Shown in pieces: positions 1 through 8,299 of a DNA stretch of 64,000 nucleotides. Below the pieces are notes generated by a model. It was given only the letters and a program-made list of their open reading frames with translations, did not search any database and was not told the DNA's origin. Positions within the stretch are counted from its first letter, which is position 1, and each line of letters opens with the position of its first letter. Source of the DNA: Anaerolineales bacterium (lineage in GTDB: Bacteria; Chloroflexota; Anaerolineae; Anaerolineales; UBA11579); contig JAHCIJ010000002.1 of assembly GCA_026129255.1 (NCBI GenBank), positions 125,799 to 189,798 on the forward strand, read 5' to 3'. The position numbers were made by a program, and so were the translations under genes.

Positions 1-398
1 AGGAGCTCGGCGTGAAGCCGCTGGCCCGCGTGGTCGGCTATGCCCAGGCCGCCGTGGATCCTAAGAGCATCTTCATCGCTCCGGCGCGCGCCATCCCCAT
101 CCTGCTCGAGAAGATCGGCTGGACGATGGCGGATGTCGACCTCATCGAGCTCAATGAAGCCTACGCCGCCCAAGTGCTGGCCGATGGCTACGCCTTGGCC
201 GACCAGGGCTGGGACTGGAGCAAGGTCAATGTCAACGGCGGTGCTATCGCACTCGGCCACCCGCTCGGCGCCAGTGGCGCCCGCTTGCTCGCCACGCTGA
301 TCTACGCCCTGAAGGACCGCGGCCTCACGCGCGGCATTGCCTCGTTGTGCCTCGGCGGCGGCGAAGCCGTGGCCATGGCAATCGAGTTGGAGGACTAA
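1..398 (+). CDS. acetyl-CoA C-acetyltransferase (thiolase), C-terminal fragment; 5' end lies outside the window
   Basis: ORF 12..398 is open to the window edge. It has the thiolase C-terminal signature [21 protein letters not shown]...[13 protein letters not shown]. hbd lies just downstream. Confidence 0.9.
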   Translation, partial: ELGVKPLARVVGYAQAAVDPKSIFIAPARAIPILLEKIGWTMADVDLIELNEAYAAQVLADGYALADQGWDWSKVNVNGGAIALGHPLGASGARLLATLIYALKDRGLTRGIASLCLGGGEAVAMAIELED

Positions 399-400
399 AG

Positions 401-892
401 ATGGACAAAGCCGAACGTCAAGAACTCATTGAAAAATACGCCACTGCCTTCGACGAATTCGAAACCGCGCTGAACGCCATCCCCAAAGAAGCCTGGCTGT
501 TCAAGCCCGCGCCGGATGCGTGGAGCGTGCACGAGAACATCATCCATTTGCTCGACAGCGAGACCAACAGCTTCCTGCGTGCCCGACGCCTGGTGGCCGA
601 ACCCGGCCTGCCGCTGATGGCCTACGATCAGGACCTGTGGGCCGTCAAGCTGGATTATCACAGCGAGAACATTGAGGATGCGCTGGCCGTCACCCGACTG
701 GTGCGCAAAGTCACCTATGACTTCATCAAGAATTTGCCGGATGACGTGTGGAGCAACACCGTTGTGCACCCAGAATACGATGAACCCTATACCTTCGAGA
801 AGTGGCTGCGCATCTATTCCAACCACCCCCGCGCCCATGCTCAACAGATCACTGAGAACCATCGCCTCTGGAAAGAGCAAGCTGGCAATTGA
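401..892 (+). CDS. DinB family protein
   Basis: Start moved to ATG 401 (MDKAERQE), 2 nt after the thiolase stop. DinB-like helical pattern with spaced His residues (HENIIHLLDSE...HPRAH). The N-terminal 18 aa of the track ORF overlap the thiolase. Confidence 0.75.
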   Translation: MDKAERQELIEKYATAFDEFETALNAIPKEAWLFKPAPDAWSVHENIIHLLDSETNSFLRARRLVAEPGLPLMAYDQDLWAVKLDYHSENIEDALAVTRLVRKVTYDFIKNLPDDVWSNTVVHPEYDEPYTFEKWLRIYSNHPRAHAQQITENHRLWKEQAGN

Positions 893-947
893 CGGACTAA
901 GTGACTAAACGACTAGTCGACTGGTCTATTGGTCGCTTAGTCCGTAG
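891..947. repeat. 8-nt-phased GACT/GGTC word tract forming an imperfect palindrome
   Basis: gacggact|aagtgact|aaacgact|agtcgact|ggtctatt|ggtcgctt|agtccgta. Outer arms GGACTAAG/CTTAGTCC, centre CGACTAGTCG. Shares TTGGTCGCTTAGTC with the tract at 62623. Confidence 0.6.
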
Positions 948-965
948 ATGCAAAGGAGTCTTTGA

Positions 966-1814
966 ATGGCAATCAAGAAAGTTTTCATCATCGGCGCCGG
1001 CACCATGGGCAACGGCATTGCCCAGACTGCGGCTGTCTCCGGCTACAAGGTCACCATGATGGATGTGGCCGAAGAGTTCGTGCAGCGCGGGGTGAGTACC
1101 ATCGCCAAATCGGTGGAGAAGCTGGCTGAGAAGGGCCGCATCACCGCCGAGCAGAAGCAGGCCGCCCTCGACATTGTGCCGGTAACGGACATCAAAGGTG
1201 TCGCCGAAACCGACCTGGTAATCGAAGCCGCCACCGAGAATCCTGAGATCAAGTTCAAGCTCTTTCAAGACCTGGATGCCATTGCTCGCCCCGAAACCGT
1301 GCTGGCCTCCAACACTTCGTCCATTAGCCTCACCAAGCTGGCCGCGGCCACCAAGCGGCCGGACAAAGTGGTGGGTATGCACTTCTTCAACCCTGTGCCG
1401 CTCATGTCGCTCATCGAGATCGTGCGCGGCCTGGGCACTAGCGATGCCAGCGTCGAGCTGGCGCTCGCGGTCGGCAAGCAGATGGGCAAGACGCCCGTCG
1501 TGGTCAATGACTCACCCGGCTTCGTCTCCAACCGCGTACTGTGCCCCATGATCAACGAAGCCATCTTCGCTCTCGAAGAAGGTGTATCCGATGCCGAAGG
1601 CATCGACACCGTCATGAAGCTGGGCATGGCCCATCCTATGGGCCCACTGACCCTGGCCGATCTCATCGGCCTGGATGTGGTGCTGTACGTGATGGAAGTG
1701 CTGCAGCGCGACCTGGGTGACAGCAAGTACCGCCCGGCCCCGCTGCTGCGCCGCATGGTCGACGCCGGTTACCTTGGCCGCAAGAGTGGCAAGGGCTTCT
1801 ACGAGTACAAGTAA
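966..1814 (+). CDS. hbd: 3-hydroxybutyryl-CoA dehydrogenase
   Basis: Rossmann motif [12 protein letters not shown] and the 3-hydroxyacyl-CoA dehydrogenase C-terminal domain ([21 protein letters not shown]). AAGGAG lies 7 nt upstream of the ATG. Confidence 0.9.
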   Translation: MAIKKVFIIGAGTMGNGIAQTAAVSGYKVTMMDVAEEFVQRGVSTIAKSVEKLAEKGRITAEQKQAALDIVPVTDIKGVAETDLVIEAATENPEIKFKLFQDLDAIARPETVLASNTSSISLTKLAAATKRPDKVVGMHFFNPVPLMSLIEIVRGLGTSDASVELALAVGKQMGKTPVVVNDSPGFVSNRVLCPMINEAIFALEEGVSDAEGIDTVMKLGMAHPMGPLTLADLIGLDVVLYVMEVLQRDLGDSKYRPAPLLRRMVDAGYLGRKSGKGFYEYK

Positions 1815-1825
1815 TTCTATTTCGC

Positions 1826-1852
1826 GTGTCGCCCTAGCGAGGAAAAGGGCAA
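1826..1852 (+). repeat. hairpin repeat, GCCCT/AGGGC subfamily (solo copy)
   Basis: GTGTC-GCCCT-AGCGAGGAAA-AGGGC-AAC. Same 5' box as the copy at 1905. Confidence 0.6.
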
Positions 1853-1904
1853 CTGAAAAGCATGGTTTCTTGACCCCATCGCTGCATTGGAGCACTCTTT
1901 TTTT

Positions 1905-1934
1905 GTGTCGCCCTGAGCAGAGCGAAGGGCATTC
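1905..1934 (+). repeat. hairpin repeat, GCCCT/AGGGC subfamily; left terminal copy flanking GIY-YIG gene 1
   Basis: GTGTC-GCCCT-GAGC-AGA-GCGA-AGGGC-ATTC. Its reverse-complement partner is at 2284..2311. Confidence 0.75.
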
Positions 1935-1957
1935 ATAAGGGCGGTTTATAGATCAAC

Positions 1958-2254
1958 ATGACTGAAGCCTACGTCTACATTCTCGGCAACAAAGGCGGCA
2001 GGCTCTATGTAGGTGTAACCAATGACCTACAGCGTCGCGTGCATGAGCACAAAACTAAAGCCACCCCTGGATATGCCAGCAAGCTAGGCATATCTCGCCT
2101 CTTGTACTTTGAGACCTTCAATCACATTGTCGATGCGATAGCTGCAGAAAAGCAGATCAAGGGCTGGATACGAAGCAAGAAGCTGGATTTAATCCGTCAG
2201 CACAACCCTAAGTTTGAAGATTTAAGTGCTGATTGGTTTGAATCAGACTCCTAA
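1958..2254 (+). CDS. GIY-YIG nuclease family protein (COG2827/URI-type, 98 aa)
   Basis: YVYILGN..GRLYVGVTNDLQRRVHEH...EKQIKGW motifs. Visibly AT-richer than its neighbours. Flanked by inverted repeat copies. Confidence 0.85.
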   Translation: MTEAYVYILGNKGGRLYVGVTNDLQRRVHEHKTKATPGYASKLGISRLLYFETFNHIVDAIAAEKQIKGWIRSKKLDLIRQHNPKFEDLSADWFESDS

Positions 2255-2283
2255 TGGCTTGGTTTTTGAGACCATCCTTGCGG

Positions 2284-2311
2284 GTGCTCTTCGCTGCGCT
2301 CAGGGCGACAC
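2284..2311 (-). repeat. hairpin repeat, GCCCT subfamily, inverted; right terminal copy flanking GIY-YIG gene 1
   Basis: Its reverse complement is GTGTCGCCCTGAGC-GCA-GCGAAG-AGCAC. It matches 1905..1928 except for the 3-nt loop. Confidence 0.75.
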
Positions 2312-2351
2312 TATGTAGCGTAGCAGTCCTACCAAGCAACCCTGCGGGACA

Positions 2352-2903
2352 CTACGGGCAAAAGTCTGCCCGTGACCACGCGAATAACTCGCCGTCGTAG
2401 TAACTGGCTGCGGGGTCAATGTACAAATAAGCCGCCGGGCCATAGCTGCGCACAATACCAATCACAGCCACACAATCCCCCGTCTTTACGCCCTCATAGT
2501 AGTAGGAGAATGACGCCACCCGAAAGTGCGCCGAGAGCTCGTTAGTCTCCTCGCTGAAGTGGACGTGATAATTACCGCTTGCCTCTTGCAGCACACCGTT
2601 TTCGTAGACATTACGTTCCCCTGATACTGCACTGGCAATTCCATACACGCACATTTCTTGGTTAATGTGCTCGGCCGTGATCGTGTCCCAGCGCACGCAG
2701 TTCTCAAAGCCACGCTCGTCCAGCAGTGTGGGCCATGGCGTCGCTGCGGGCGCGGGCGTAGCGCTTGGCTGTGGTGGTGTGGTGCTCGGCGGTGGCGTGG
2801 GGCTGGGGAGCGGAGTGGCTGTGGCCGTTGGTTCCGCCGGGGCTGGGCTGCATGCGACTAGCAGAATGAACAGGATCATCAGCCCGAGATTTTGTTTCAT
2901 CAT
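2352..2903 (-). CDS. hypothetical lipoprotein (Pro/Thr-rich linker, Cys-containing C-terminal domain)
   Basis: Only the C-terminal 183 codons of track ORF 2352..3719 are used. MMKQNLGLMILFILLVAC is a lipobox signal peptide, and GGGAGGA lies 5-6 nt upstream of ATG 2903. The upstream part of the ORF is antisense to gatB. Confidence 0.7.
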   Translation of the reverse strand: MMKQNLGLMILFILLVACSPAPAEPTATATPLPSPTPPPSTTPPQPSATPAPAATPWPTLLDERGFENCVRWDTITAEHINQEMCVYGIASAVSGERNVYENGVLQEASGNYHVHFSEETNELSAHFRVASFSYYYEGVKTGDCVAVIGIVRSYGPAAYLYIDPAASYYDGELFAWSRADFCP

Positions 2904-2984
2904 CGCATCCTCCCTTGGTAGTGAATGAACAAAGTCAGTATAACCTGCTGAGCTTGCCAGCCTGCAACTGATAGAATTCCCTCT

Positions 2985-4421
2985 ATGACCCAATATGAAG
3001 TTGTCATCGGTCTTGAAACGCATATTCAACTCAACACCGATAGCAAGATCTTTTGCTCCTGCAGCGCTGATTCCTGGGGTGCGGCGCCCAACACCAATAT
3101 CTGCCCCGTGTGCAGCGGCCTGCCCGGCGTGCTGCCCGTGCTGAATGAGGGCGCGGTGCGCAAGGCCGCCACGCTGGCGGCCGCCATGGGCGCCGAGCTC
3201 CAGCCCATCTCGCATTTTGACCGCAAGAACTACTTCTACCCGGATCTGCCCAAGGGTTACCAGATCTCGCAATACGACATGCCGCTCGCCAACGGCGGGT
3301 ACATGGATCTGCCCACCGCCGAGGGCACACGCCGCATCCGCATCCACAAGCTGCATCTGGAGGAAGACGCCGGCAAGACCGTCAACCGCGCCGATGGCGC
3401 CCGTCTGATCGATTTCAATCGCTGCGGTGTGCCGCTGGTCGAGATGGTCACCGGGCCTGATCTGCGCTCGGCTGAAGAGGCGGCCCAGTACCTCATCCGT
3501 CTGCGCCAGCTCCTGCGCTGGCTGGGCATCTCCGAGGCTGACATGGAGAAGGGCCACCTGCGTGCCGATGCCAACGTATCGATCCGCCCTGTGGGCAGCG
3601 ATGTGCTCAACACCAAGACTGAGATCAAGAATGTCAACTCGATCGACTCGCTGCGCTCGGCTATCGAGGTCGAGATCGAACGCCAGATACGCGAAGTCGA
3701 AGCGGGCGGAACCATCCAACCCTGGACCCTGGGCTGGGACGAGAACAGCGGCACGCTGAGCAAGATGCGCTCCAAGGAAACCGAGGCCGACTATCGCTAC
3801 TTCCGCGAGCCTGACCTGCTGCCGTTGGTGCTCGACGATGCCCGCCGTGCCGAAATTATCGACGCCTTGCCAGAACTGCCCCTGGCCCGCCGCCAGCGCT
3901 TCATCGTTGAGGTCGGCCTGCCGGAGTACGACGCCGATATCCTCAGTGGCGAACGCGCCCTCTCAGACTATTTCGAGGCCGCTGCGGCTGCCTATGGCGG
4001 CGATATCAAGCGCGTCTCCAACTGGCTCATGAACGATGTACTCGCCATGCTCAACGAGAGTGGTGAAACCGCGGATAAGCTTAAGCTCACCCCGCAGTAC
4101 TTTACAGAGGTGCTCAAACTGATGGACTCCGGCGCGGTGAACACGCCCACCGGCAAGAGCTTGCTGCTCAAGGTGCAAGCCAGCGGCAAGGCGCCCGCCG
4201 ATATCGTCCAGGCCGAAGGCCTGGCGCAGGTCTCGGACGAAGGCGAGTTGCGCAAGATCGCCGAAGAGATCGTGGCTACGAACCCAGACAACGTTGCCGC
4301 CTTCCGCGCTGGCAAAGAGGCGCTGATGGGTTGGTTCGTGGGCCAGCTCATGCAGCGCACCAAGGGTAAGGCGGATCCCAAGGCTGCCGCCCGCATCCTG
4401 AGCGAACTGTTGCGGGCATGA
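2985..4421 (+). CDS. gatB: Asp-tRNA(Asn)/Glu-tRNA(Gln) amidotransferase subunit B
   Basis: Full-length GatB pattern (YEVVIGLETHIQLNT, CPVCSGLPGVLP, NRCGVPLVEMV) with the GatB/YqeY C-terminal domain. Confidence 0.95.
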   Translation: MTQYEVVIGLETHIQLNTDSKIFCSCSADSWGAAPNTNICPVCSGLPGVLPVLNEGAVRKAATLAAAMGAELQPISHFDRKNYFYPDLPKGYQISQYDMPLANGGYMDLPTAEGTRRIRIHKLHLEEDAGKTVNRADGARLIDFNRCGVPLVEMVTGPDLRSAEEAAQYLIRLRQLLRWLGISEADMEKGHLRADANVSIRPVGSDVLNTKTEIKNVNSIDSLRSAIEVEIERQIREVEAGGTIQPWTLGWDENSGTLSKMRSKETEADYRYFREPDLLPLVLDDARRAEIIDALPELPLARRQRFIVEVGLPEYDADILSGERALSDYFEAAAAAYGGDIKRVSNWLMNDVLAMLNESGETADKLKLTPQYFTEVLKLMDSGAVNTPTGKSLLLKVQASGKAPADIVQAEGLAQVSDEGELRKIAEEIVATNPDNVAAFRAGKEALMGWFVGQLMQRTKGKADPKAAARILSELLRA

Positions 4422-4924
4422 ACCTCGGCACTCCGTTGCCCGAGTTCAGTATCCAGCCAGCTGTGTTGCAGCACGCTGCCGCCATCCATCAACTCATCCA
4501 AGAAGCCGACTTGTTCCAGCACGGACTGGACTGGCGCAACTTCCTGGTCGCCCTCACACCCTCCGGCGAGTTCATCGGCTGCGGCCAAGTCAAGCAACAT
4601 CGTGACGGCACCTGGGAGCTGGCCTCGATCGCCGTGCTGCCCGCCTGGCAAGGCCGCGGCGTGGGCCGCGCCGTCATTGAGGCTTTATTGGCCAGGCACC
4701 CAGGCGAGTTGTATCTCATGAGCATCTCCGCCCTCAAGCCGCTGTACGAGAAATTCGGCTTCGTGGAAATAGCTCCACCTCGGAGTTCGCACAGCGAACT
4801 CCCGCGCAACGCAGTTGCGCAAATGCCAAAATACTTTCGCCGCCTGACTCGGATGCCCGCCATGATCGCTGAATTTGAACGTGTATATGAGCGTATTATG
4901 GTGATGAAGCGCGAGGCCGCATGA
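4418..4924 (+). CDS. GNAT family N-acetyltransferase carrying an in-frame hairpin-element insertion near the C-terminus
   Basis: Acetyl-CoA site WQGRGVGRAVI. ATGA start/stop overlap with gatB. Codons RSSHSELPRNAVAQ are encoded by the double-hairpin element 4782..4827. Confidence 0.85.
   Translation: MNLGTPLPEFSIQPAVLQHAAAIHQLIQEADLFQHGLDWRNFLVALTPSGEFIGCGQVKQHRDGTWELASIAVLPAWQGRGVGRAVIEALLARHPGELYLMSISALKPLYEKFGFVEIAPPRSSHSELPRNAVAQMPKYFRRLTRMPAMIAEFERVYERIMVMKREAA
4782..4827 (+). repeat. 46-nt double-hairpin element, copy 1 (inside the GNAT coding sequence)
   Basis: GAGTTCGC-aca-GCGAACTC followed by GCGCAAC-gca-GTTGCGC. Identical to copy 2 except for the first loop. Confidence 0.8.
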
Positions 4925-5064
4925 AGCTTGTATGCATACTCAAAGCCGCATGGAGTTCGCTACGCGAACTCCCGCGCAACGCAGTTGCGCAAATGCCCGC
5001 CATGCTTGCCGAGTTCGAACGGGTAGGTGAGCGCATCATGGTGATGCGCCGAGTGGGCGCATGA
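4921..5064 (+). pseudogene. 47-codon ORF, a diverged tandem duplicate of the GNAT C-terminal tail (relic or coupled micro-ORF)
   Basis: My own translation: MKLVCILKAAWSSLRELPRNAVAQMPAMLAEFERVGERIMVMRRVGA. It parallels the GNAT tail ...SELPRNAVAQMP..MPAMIAEFERVYERIMVMKREAA. Its ATG overlaps the GNAT stop (ATGA 4921-4924) and its stop overlaps the next start (ATGA 5061-5064). Too short for the ORF track. Confidence 0.35.
4952..4997 (+). repeat. 46-nt double-hairpin element, copy 2
   Basis: GAGTTCGC-tac-GCGAACTC followed by GCGCAAC-gca-GTTGCGC, 170 nt downstream of copy 1. Confidence 0.8.
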
Positions 5065-5399
5065 GCAAGCCATTGGTGCTGTACGATGGCTACTGCGCGC
5101 TGTGCAACCGCAGCGTAAGTTTCCTGCAGGCCCGCCAGCGCCCTGATGCGCTGGAGTACGCCTCGTTGCAGTCGCCGCGCGGCCAGCGCGTGCTGGCCGC
5201 CGCCAACCTGCCCCTGCAGGATTACGACAGTGTAGTCGTGCAAGACGGGGAACGCGTATACCTGCGCTCGGCGGCCGCGCTGCACCTGCTGCGCTACCTG
5301 CGCTCGCCGTGGCCGCTGCTCGGTGTCCTGCGTCTGGTGCCTGCTTTTCTGCGCGACCCTGTCTATGATCTGGTAGCCCACAACAGACATAAATTGTAG
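5061..5399 (+). CDS. thiol-disulfide oxidoreductase DCC family protein (DUF393)
   Basis: N-terminal LYDGYCALCNRSV CxxC motif and typical length of about 110 aa. Confidence 0.8.
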   Translation: MSKPLVLYDGYCALCNRSVSFLQARQRPDALEYASLQSPRGQRVLAAANLPLQDYDSVVVQDGERVYLRSAAALHLLRYLRSPWPLLGVLRLVPAFLRDPVYDLVAHNRHKL

Positions 5400-5431
5400 A
5401 AGGCAGAAGGTAGAGAGTTGCAAATAGGCTT

Positions 5432-5540
5432 GGGGATTGCTTCACTCGCTACGCTCGCTCGCAAAGACAAGCACGACCGTCTTTGCGAGGAGAGCTGAAA
5501 GTTGCATATTGATGCAACTTTCAGCCCCGAAGCAATCCCC
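5432..5540. repeat. hairpin repeats, ATTGC/GCAAT subfamily, head-to-head dimer
   Basis: Inverted copy at 5432..5468 (GGGGATTGCTTC...CTCGCAAAGAC), a 10-nt spacer, then direct copy at 5479..5540 (GTCTTTGCGAGGAG-[32-nt inner hairpin]-CCCGAAGCAATCCCC). Confidence 0.8.
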
Positions 5541-5584
5541 AAGCAAGCTGGCGAAACAGCCCTCAGGCTGCCTGTACGCAAGTA

Positions 5585-5983
5585 TCAGTGTACTAACTGC
5601 TGTTCTAGTTCGTCGATAGCTTCTTGGCGAGCCGGTTCGCCATCGTGATCCCATTGCACACGGATGCGCAGCGGTGGCGGCTTATCATCCGCATAGCCCA
5701 TCAGGTAAAAGAGGGCTGCGGCGCAGTGGTAGCGTACTAATGAATACGCGTCTCCAGCTTCCCGGCGTAAAACATCCAGCAAGACCGGCGCTGCCTGCTC
5801 TAACGTGGCTTTTTCGCGCAGGCGGTACCAGATCGTGTAGTACCCATCATAATTTCCGGCGGCAATATGGGCCAATAGTTCATCTGCCGACAATGCGACA
5901 AACTGATCGGATGTTTGCTGGGCATGCCACTCCCATGCCTCTTGCCAGTTGGAGAACTCGGGCGGCTCAGCTCCGTTTGGCAT
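5585..5983 (-). CDS. hypothetical protein
   Basis: 132-codon ORF with GGAG 7 nt upstream of the ATG. No recognisable family. Composition looks coding. Confidence 0.55.
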   Translation of the reverse strand: MPNGAEPPEFSNWQEAWEWHAQQTSDQFVALSADELLAHIAAGNYDGYYTIWYRLREKATLEQAAPVLLDVLRREAGDAYSLVRYHCAAALFYLMGYADDKPPPLRIRVQWDHDGEPARQEAIDELEQQLVH

Positions 5984-6093
5984 TGCGCAGCTCCGTGTGG
6001 AGTCTTTTGTATGGCAAAGACAGGCTCATGGATTGATTTTACAGCTTGTTGCCGCCAAACCTGAATGCGCAAGCCGTATAATCCCGCCCATCC

Positions 6094-7521
6094 ATGCGCC
6101 TCCCCAAACTTTTCTCACCCCTGGGCCTATTCTTGCTCGCGCTGGTCCTACGCCTCATCCCGGTGCTGCTCGCCATCAATCTGCCCATCGGCCTGGACGA
6201 CATGTTCCAGTATGACATGCTCGGCCGCAGCCTGGCGGCAGGCGAAGGCTATCGCTGGTACGCCCAGCCGGATCTTGACCTCATGCGCAGCTACATTGAC
6301 ATCGACTTCATCGCGCCCGATTACGATCCACGCGGCCTGGAGACCTCCTTCCGCGCCCCGGCCTATCCGTTCCTGCTGGCGGGCGTGTACACGCTTAGTG
6401 GGCTTGAGAGTCGTCTGCTGGCTGCCCGCTTGGTGAACGCCACTCTAGGCGCTCTGTTGGCGCCTATGGCCTATGCCTTGGCGCGCCGCTTGTTCCCCGA
6501 GCACGAGCGCGCCGCCCGCTTTGCAGGCATCGCGCTGGCCGCCTACCCCATGTTGCTCATTTACCCGCTGGCGCTGGCGACCGAGAACCTGTTCTTCCCG
6601 CTGGTGCTCGGCGGCCTCCTGGCGCTGCTGCGCGCCGCGGAGAAACAGCGCGCGCGAGATTGGCTGCTGGCTGGCGCTATCCTCGGTGCCGCCACGCTGA
6701 CGCGCTCGGTCATCTTCGCCTTCGCCGGGCTGGCCGGTTTGTGGATCTGGTTCGGCCTGCGCAACTTCCGTGCTGCCGTGCTCTACGGCCTGGCTGTCTT
6801 TGCGCTCGTGCTGCCGTGGACCATTCGCAACACCCTGCTCGAAGGTCAATTCACCTTCGTCGAAAACTCCATGGGCTACAACCTGCACATGGGCTACCAC
6901 CCCGCGGGCACCGGCACCTTCCAATATGGCATCTCTGTGGAACTCTTGCCTTATCTGGATGATGGCGAGCGCAATACCTTGGGCACGCAAATGGCGCTCG
7001 AATACATTGAAGATGACCCCGGCCGCGTGCCCTATCTCATGGTGCGCAAGCTGGGTTATTTCTTCGGCCTGGAGCGCCGCGCTATCAGCTACTTCTACAC
7101 CAACAATTTCTTCGGCAGCATATCCACCGTCCCGCTGGTGGCGCTGTTCCTGGCCTTCACCTTGCCGTTCCCTATCATCAGCACGCTGGCTGCGGCTGGG
7201 CTGCCCTTCGTGCGCTGGACACGTGAACATGCTCTTGCCCTGTTGCTACTGGTTGCCTATATCTTTCCGCATGTTCTGCTCATGGCCGAAGATCGCTTTC
7301 ACCTCGCCATCCTGCCGGTGCTGGCCGTCTATGCTGGTTGGGCGTGGGTCGCGTTGCCTGCGCTGCTGCGCAACGGCGTACGCAGCTTGCCCAGGTTGCT
7401 GGCCGCTGGGTTGCTGGTGCTGCTTCTGTGGTTGAATTGGGGCTTGGAATTGCACCGTGACGCCGCCAAGCTGGCCCAGCTCTTTGGGCCAGAGGGCAAT
7501 CACGCTGGCTTCTCCTACTAA
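6094..7521 (+). CDS. GT-C type glycosyltransferase (family 39 / ArnT-PMT-like) membrane protein
   Basis: About 12 hydrophobic segments. First-loop acidic motif GLDDMFQYD. Overall PMT_2/ArnT-like layout, judged by eye. Confidence 0.75.
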   Translation: MRLPKLFSPLGLFLLALVLRLIPVLLAINLPIGLDDMFQYDMLGRSLAAGEGYRWYAQPDLDLMRSYIDIDFIAPDYDPRGLETSFRAPAYPFLLAGVYTLSGLESRLLAARLVNATLGALLAPMAYALARRLFPEHERAARFAGIALAAYPMLLIYPLALATENLFFPLVLGGLLALLRAAEKQRARDWLLAGAILGAATLTRSVIFAFAGLAGLWIWFGLRNFRAAVLYGLAVFALVLPWTIRNTLLEGQFTFVENSMGYNLHMGYHPAGTGTFQYGISVELLPYLDDGERNTLGTQMALEYIEDDPGRVPYLMVRKLGYFFGLERRAISYFYTNNFFGSISTVPLVALFLAFTLPFPIISTLAAAGLPFVRWTREHALALLLLVAYIFPHVLLMAEDRFHLAILPVLAVYAGWAWVALPALLRNGVRSLPRLLAAGLLVLLLWLNWGLELHRDAAKLAQLFGPEGNHAGFSY

Positions 7522-7522
7522 T

Positions 7523-8140
7523 ATGAAAAAACTCTTTGATTTCAACGTCAAATTTGACCGCGAGGTGGTGGCGCTCACCATCGTGAGCACGCTGCTGCTC
7601 ATGATCGATTATTACGAGCGGCTCACGCCCATCAAAGAAATTGACCGTATCGCCCTGTACCTCATCATCCCCCTCGGCATCATTATTTTCGTTTTCCGCC
7701 GCCCGGTAGGCGAGTACGGCTTCCAGCTTGGCGATTGGAAGGCCGGGCTGGCCCTCACCGGGCTGGTGATCCTGATCGGAGCACCTATCCTCTGGTATGT
7801 AGGCCGCAGCGACCCTGCTATGGTGGCGTACTACGCCCACCAAAACGGCCCGGTGACTGCCATTTTCACCTTCTTAGACCTCATCGGCTGGGAATTCTTC
7901 TTTCGCGGCTTCCTGCTCTTCGGCTATGCCCGCTTTTTTGGCGCTAATGCCCTGTGGCTGGCCGCCGTCCCCTTTGCCCTGGTGCATATCCGCAAACCCG
8001 CCATCGAGACCTATTCGACCCTGTTTGGCGGGGTGCTGTTCGGCCTGGTGGCCTGGCGCACAAAGTCCTTTGTATATCCTTTCCTCATCCACTGGTTTGT
8101 CTCCACATTCACCATATTTGCCGCCGGTACCCTGCGTTAG
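7523..8140 (+). CDS. CPBP family intramembrane glutamic endopeptidase (CAAX protease-like)
   Basis: Start moved to ATG 7523 (MKKLFDF), 1 nt after the upstream stop. Motifs GWEFFFRGFL, FALVH and LIHW. Confidence 0.8.
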   Translation: MKKLFDFNVKFDREVVALTIVSTLLLMIDYYERLTPIKEIDRIALYLIIPLGIIIFVFRRPVGEYGFQLGDWKAGLALTGLVILIGAPILWYVGRSDPAMVAYYAHQNGPVTAIFTFLDLIGWEFFFRGFLLFGYARFFGANALWLAAVPFALVHIRKPAIETYSTLFGGVLFGLVAWRTKSFVYPFLIHWFVSTFTIFAAGTLR

Positions 8141-8159
8141 CCCGGCGGCAAGCCTGTGG

Positions 8160-8189
8160 TTGACAGTTACCCGAGTCTGCTCGTATAAT
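8160..8189 (+). promoter_or_regulatory. sigma-70-type promoter for rplU-rpmA(-rpmE)
   Basis: TTGACA (8160-8165), an 18-nt spacer, then TATAAT (8184-8189). This leaves a ~105-nt leader containing the hairpin CGTGTGC-ttg-GCACACG before rplU. Confidence 0.7.
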
Positions 8190-8299
8190 AGCCGCCGCTC
8201 TACTGAGTGGAGCTTTCGTGTGCTTGGCACACGGCCTCTGCCCCGGCAGACTTACTTGCTGGGGCTTACTTTTGAAAATTTACCTTGGAGAAGTTGTTC

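Noticed and set aside
2904-3719. N-terminal 272 codons of the 455-aa minus-strand ORF 2352..3719
   Set aside because: This part lies antisense to the well-supported gatB gene and has the Ala/Gly/Arg/His-rich composition of a high-GC shadow frame. A lipoprotein signal peptide and a strong SD sequence define a real start at 2903.
5400-5584. Short ORFs 5437..5619 (+), 5442..5654 (-) and 5363..5581 (-) in the DCC-downstream gap
   Set aside because: They are translated through the head-to-head hairpin repeat dimer (5432..5540). They carry the characteristic repeat-derived peptides, with no SD sequence and no family resemblance.
8190-8299. Ribosomal-protein L21 leader RNA (autoregulatory structure) between the rplU promoter and the start codon
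   Set aside because: Only a short hairpin (CGTGTGC-ttg-GCACACG) is visible. I cannot match it to the known L21 leader by eye, so it is mentioned under the promoter feature and not called as an RNA element.
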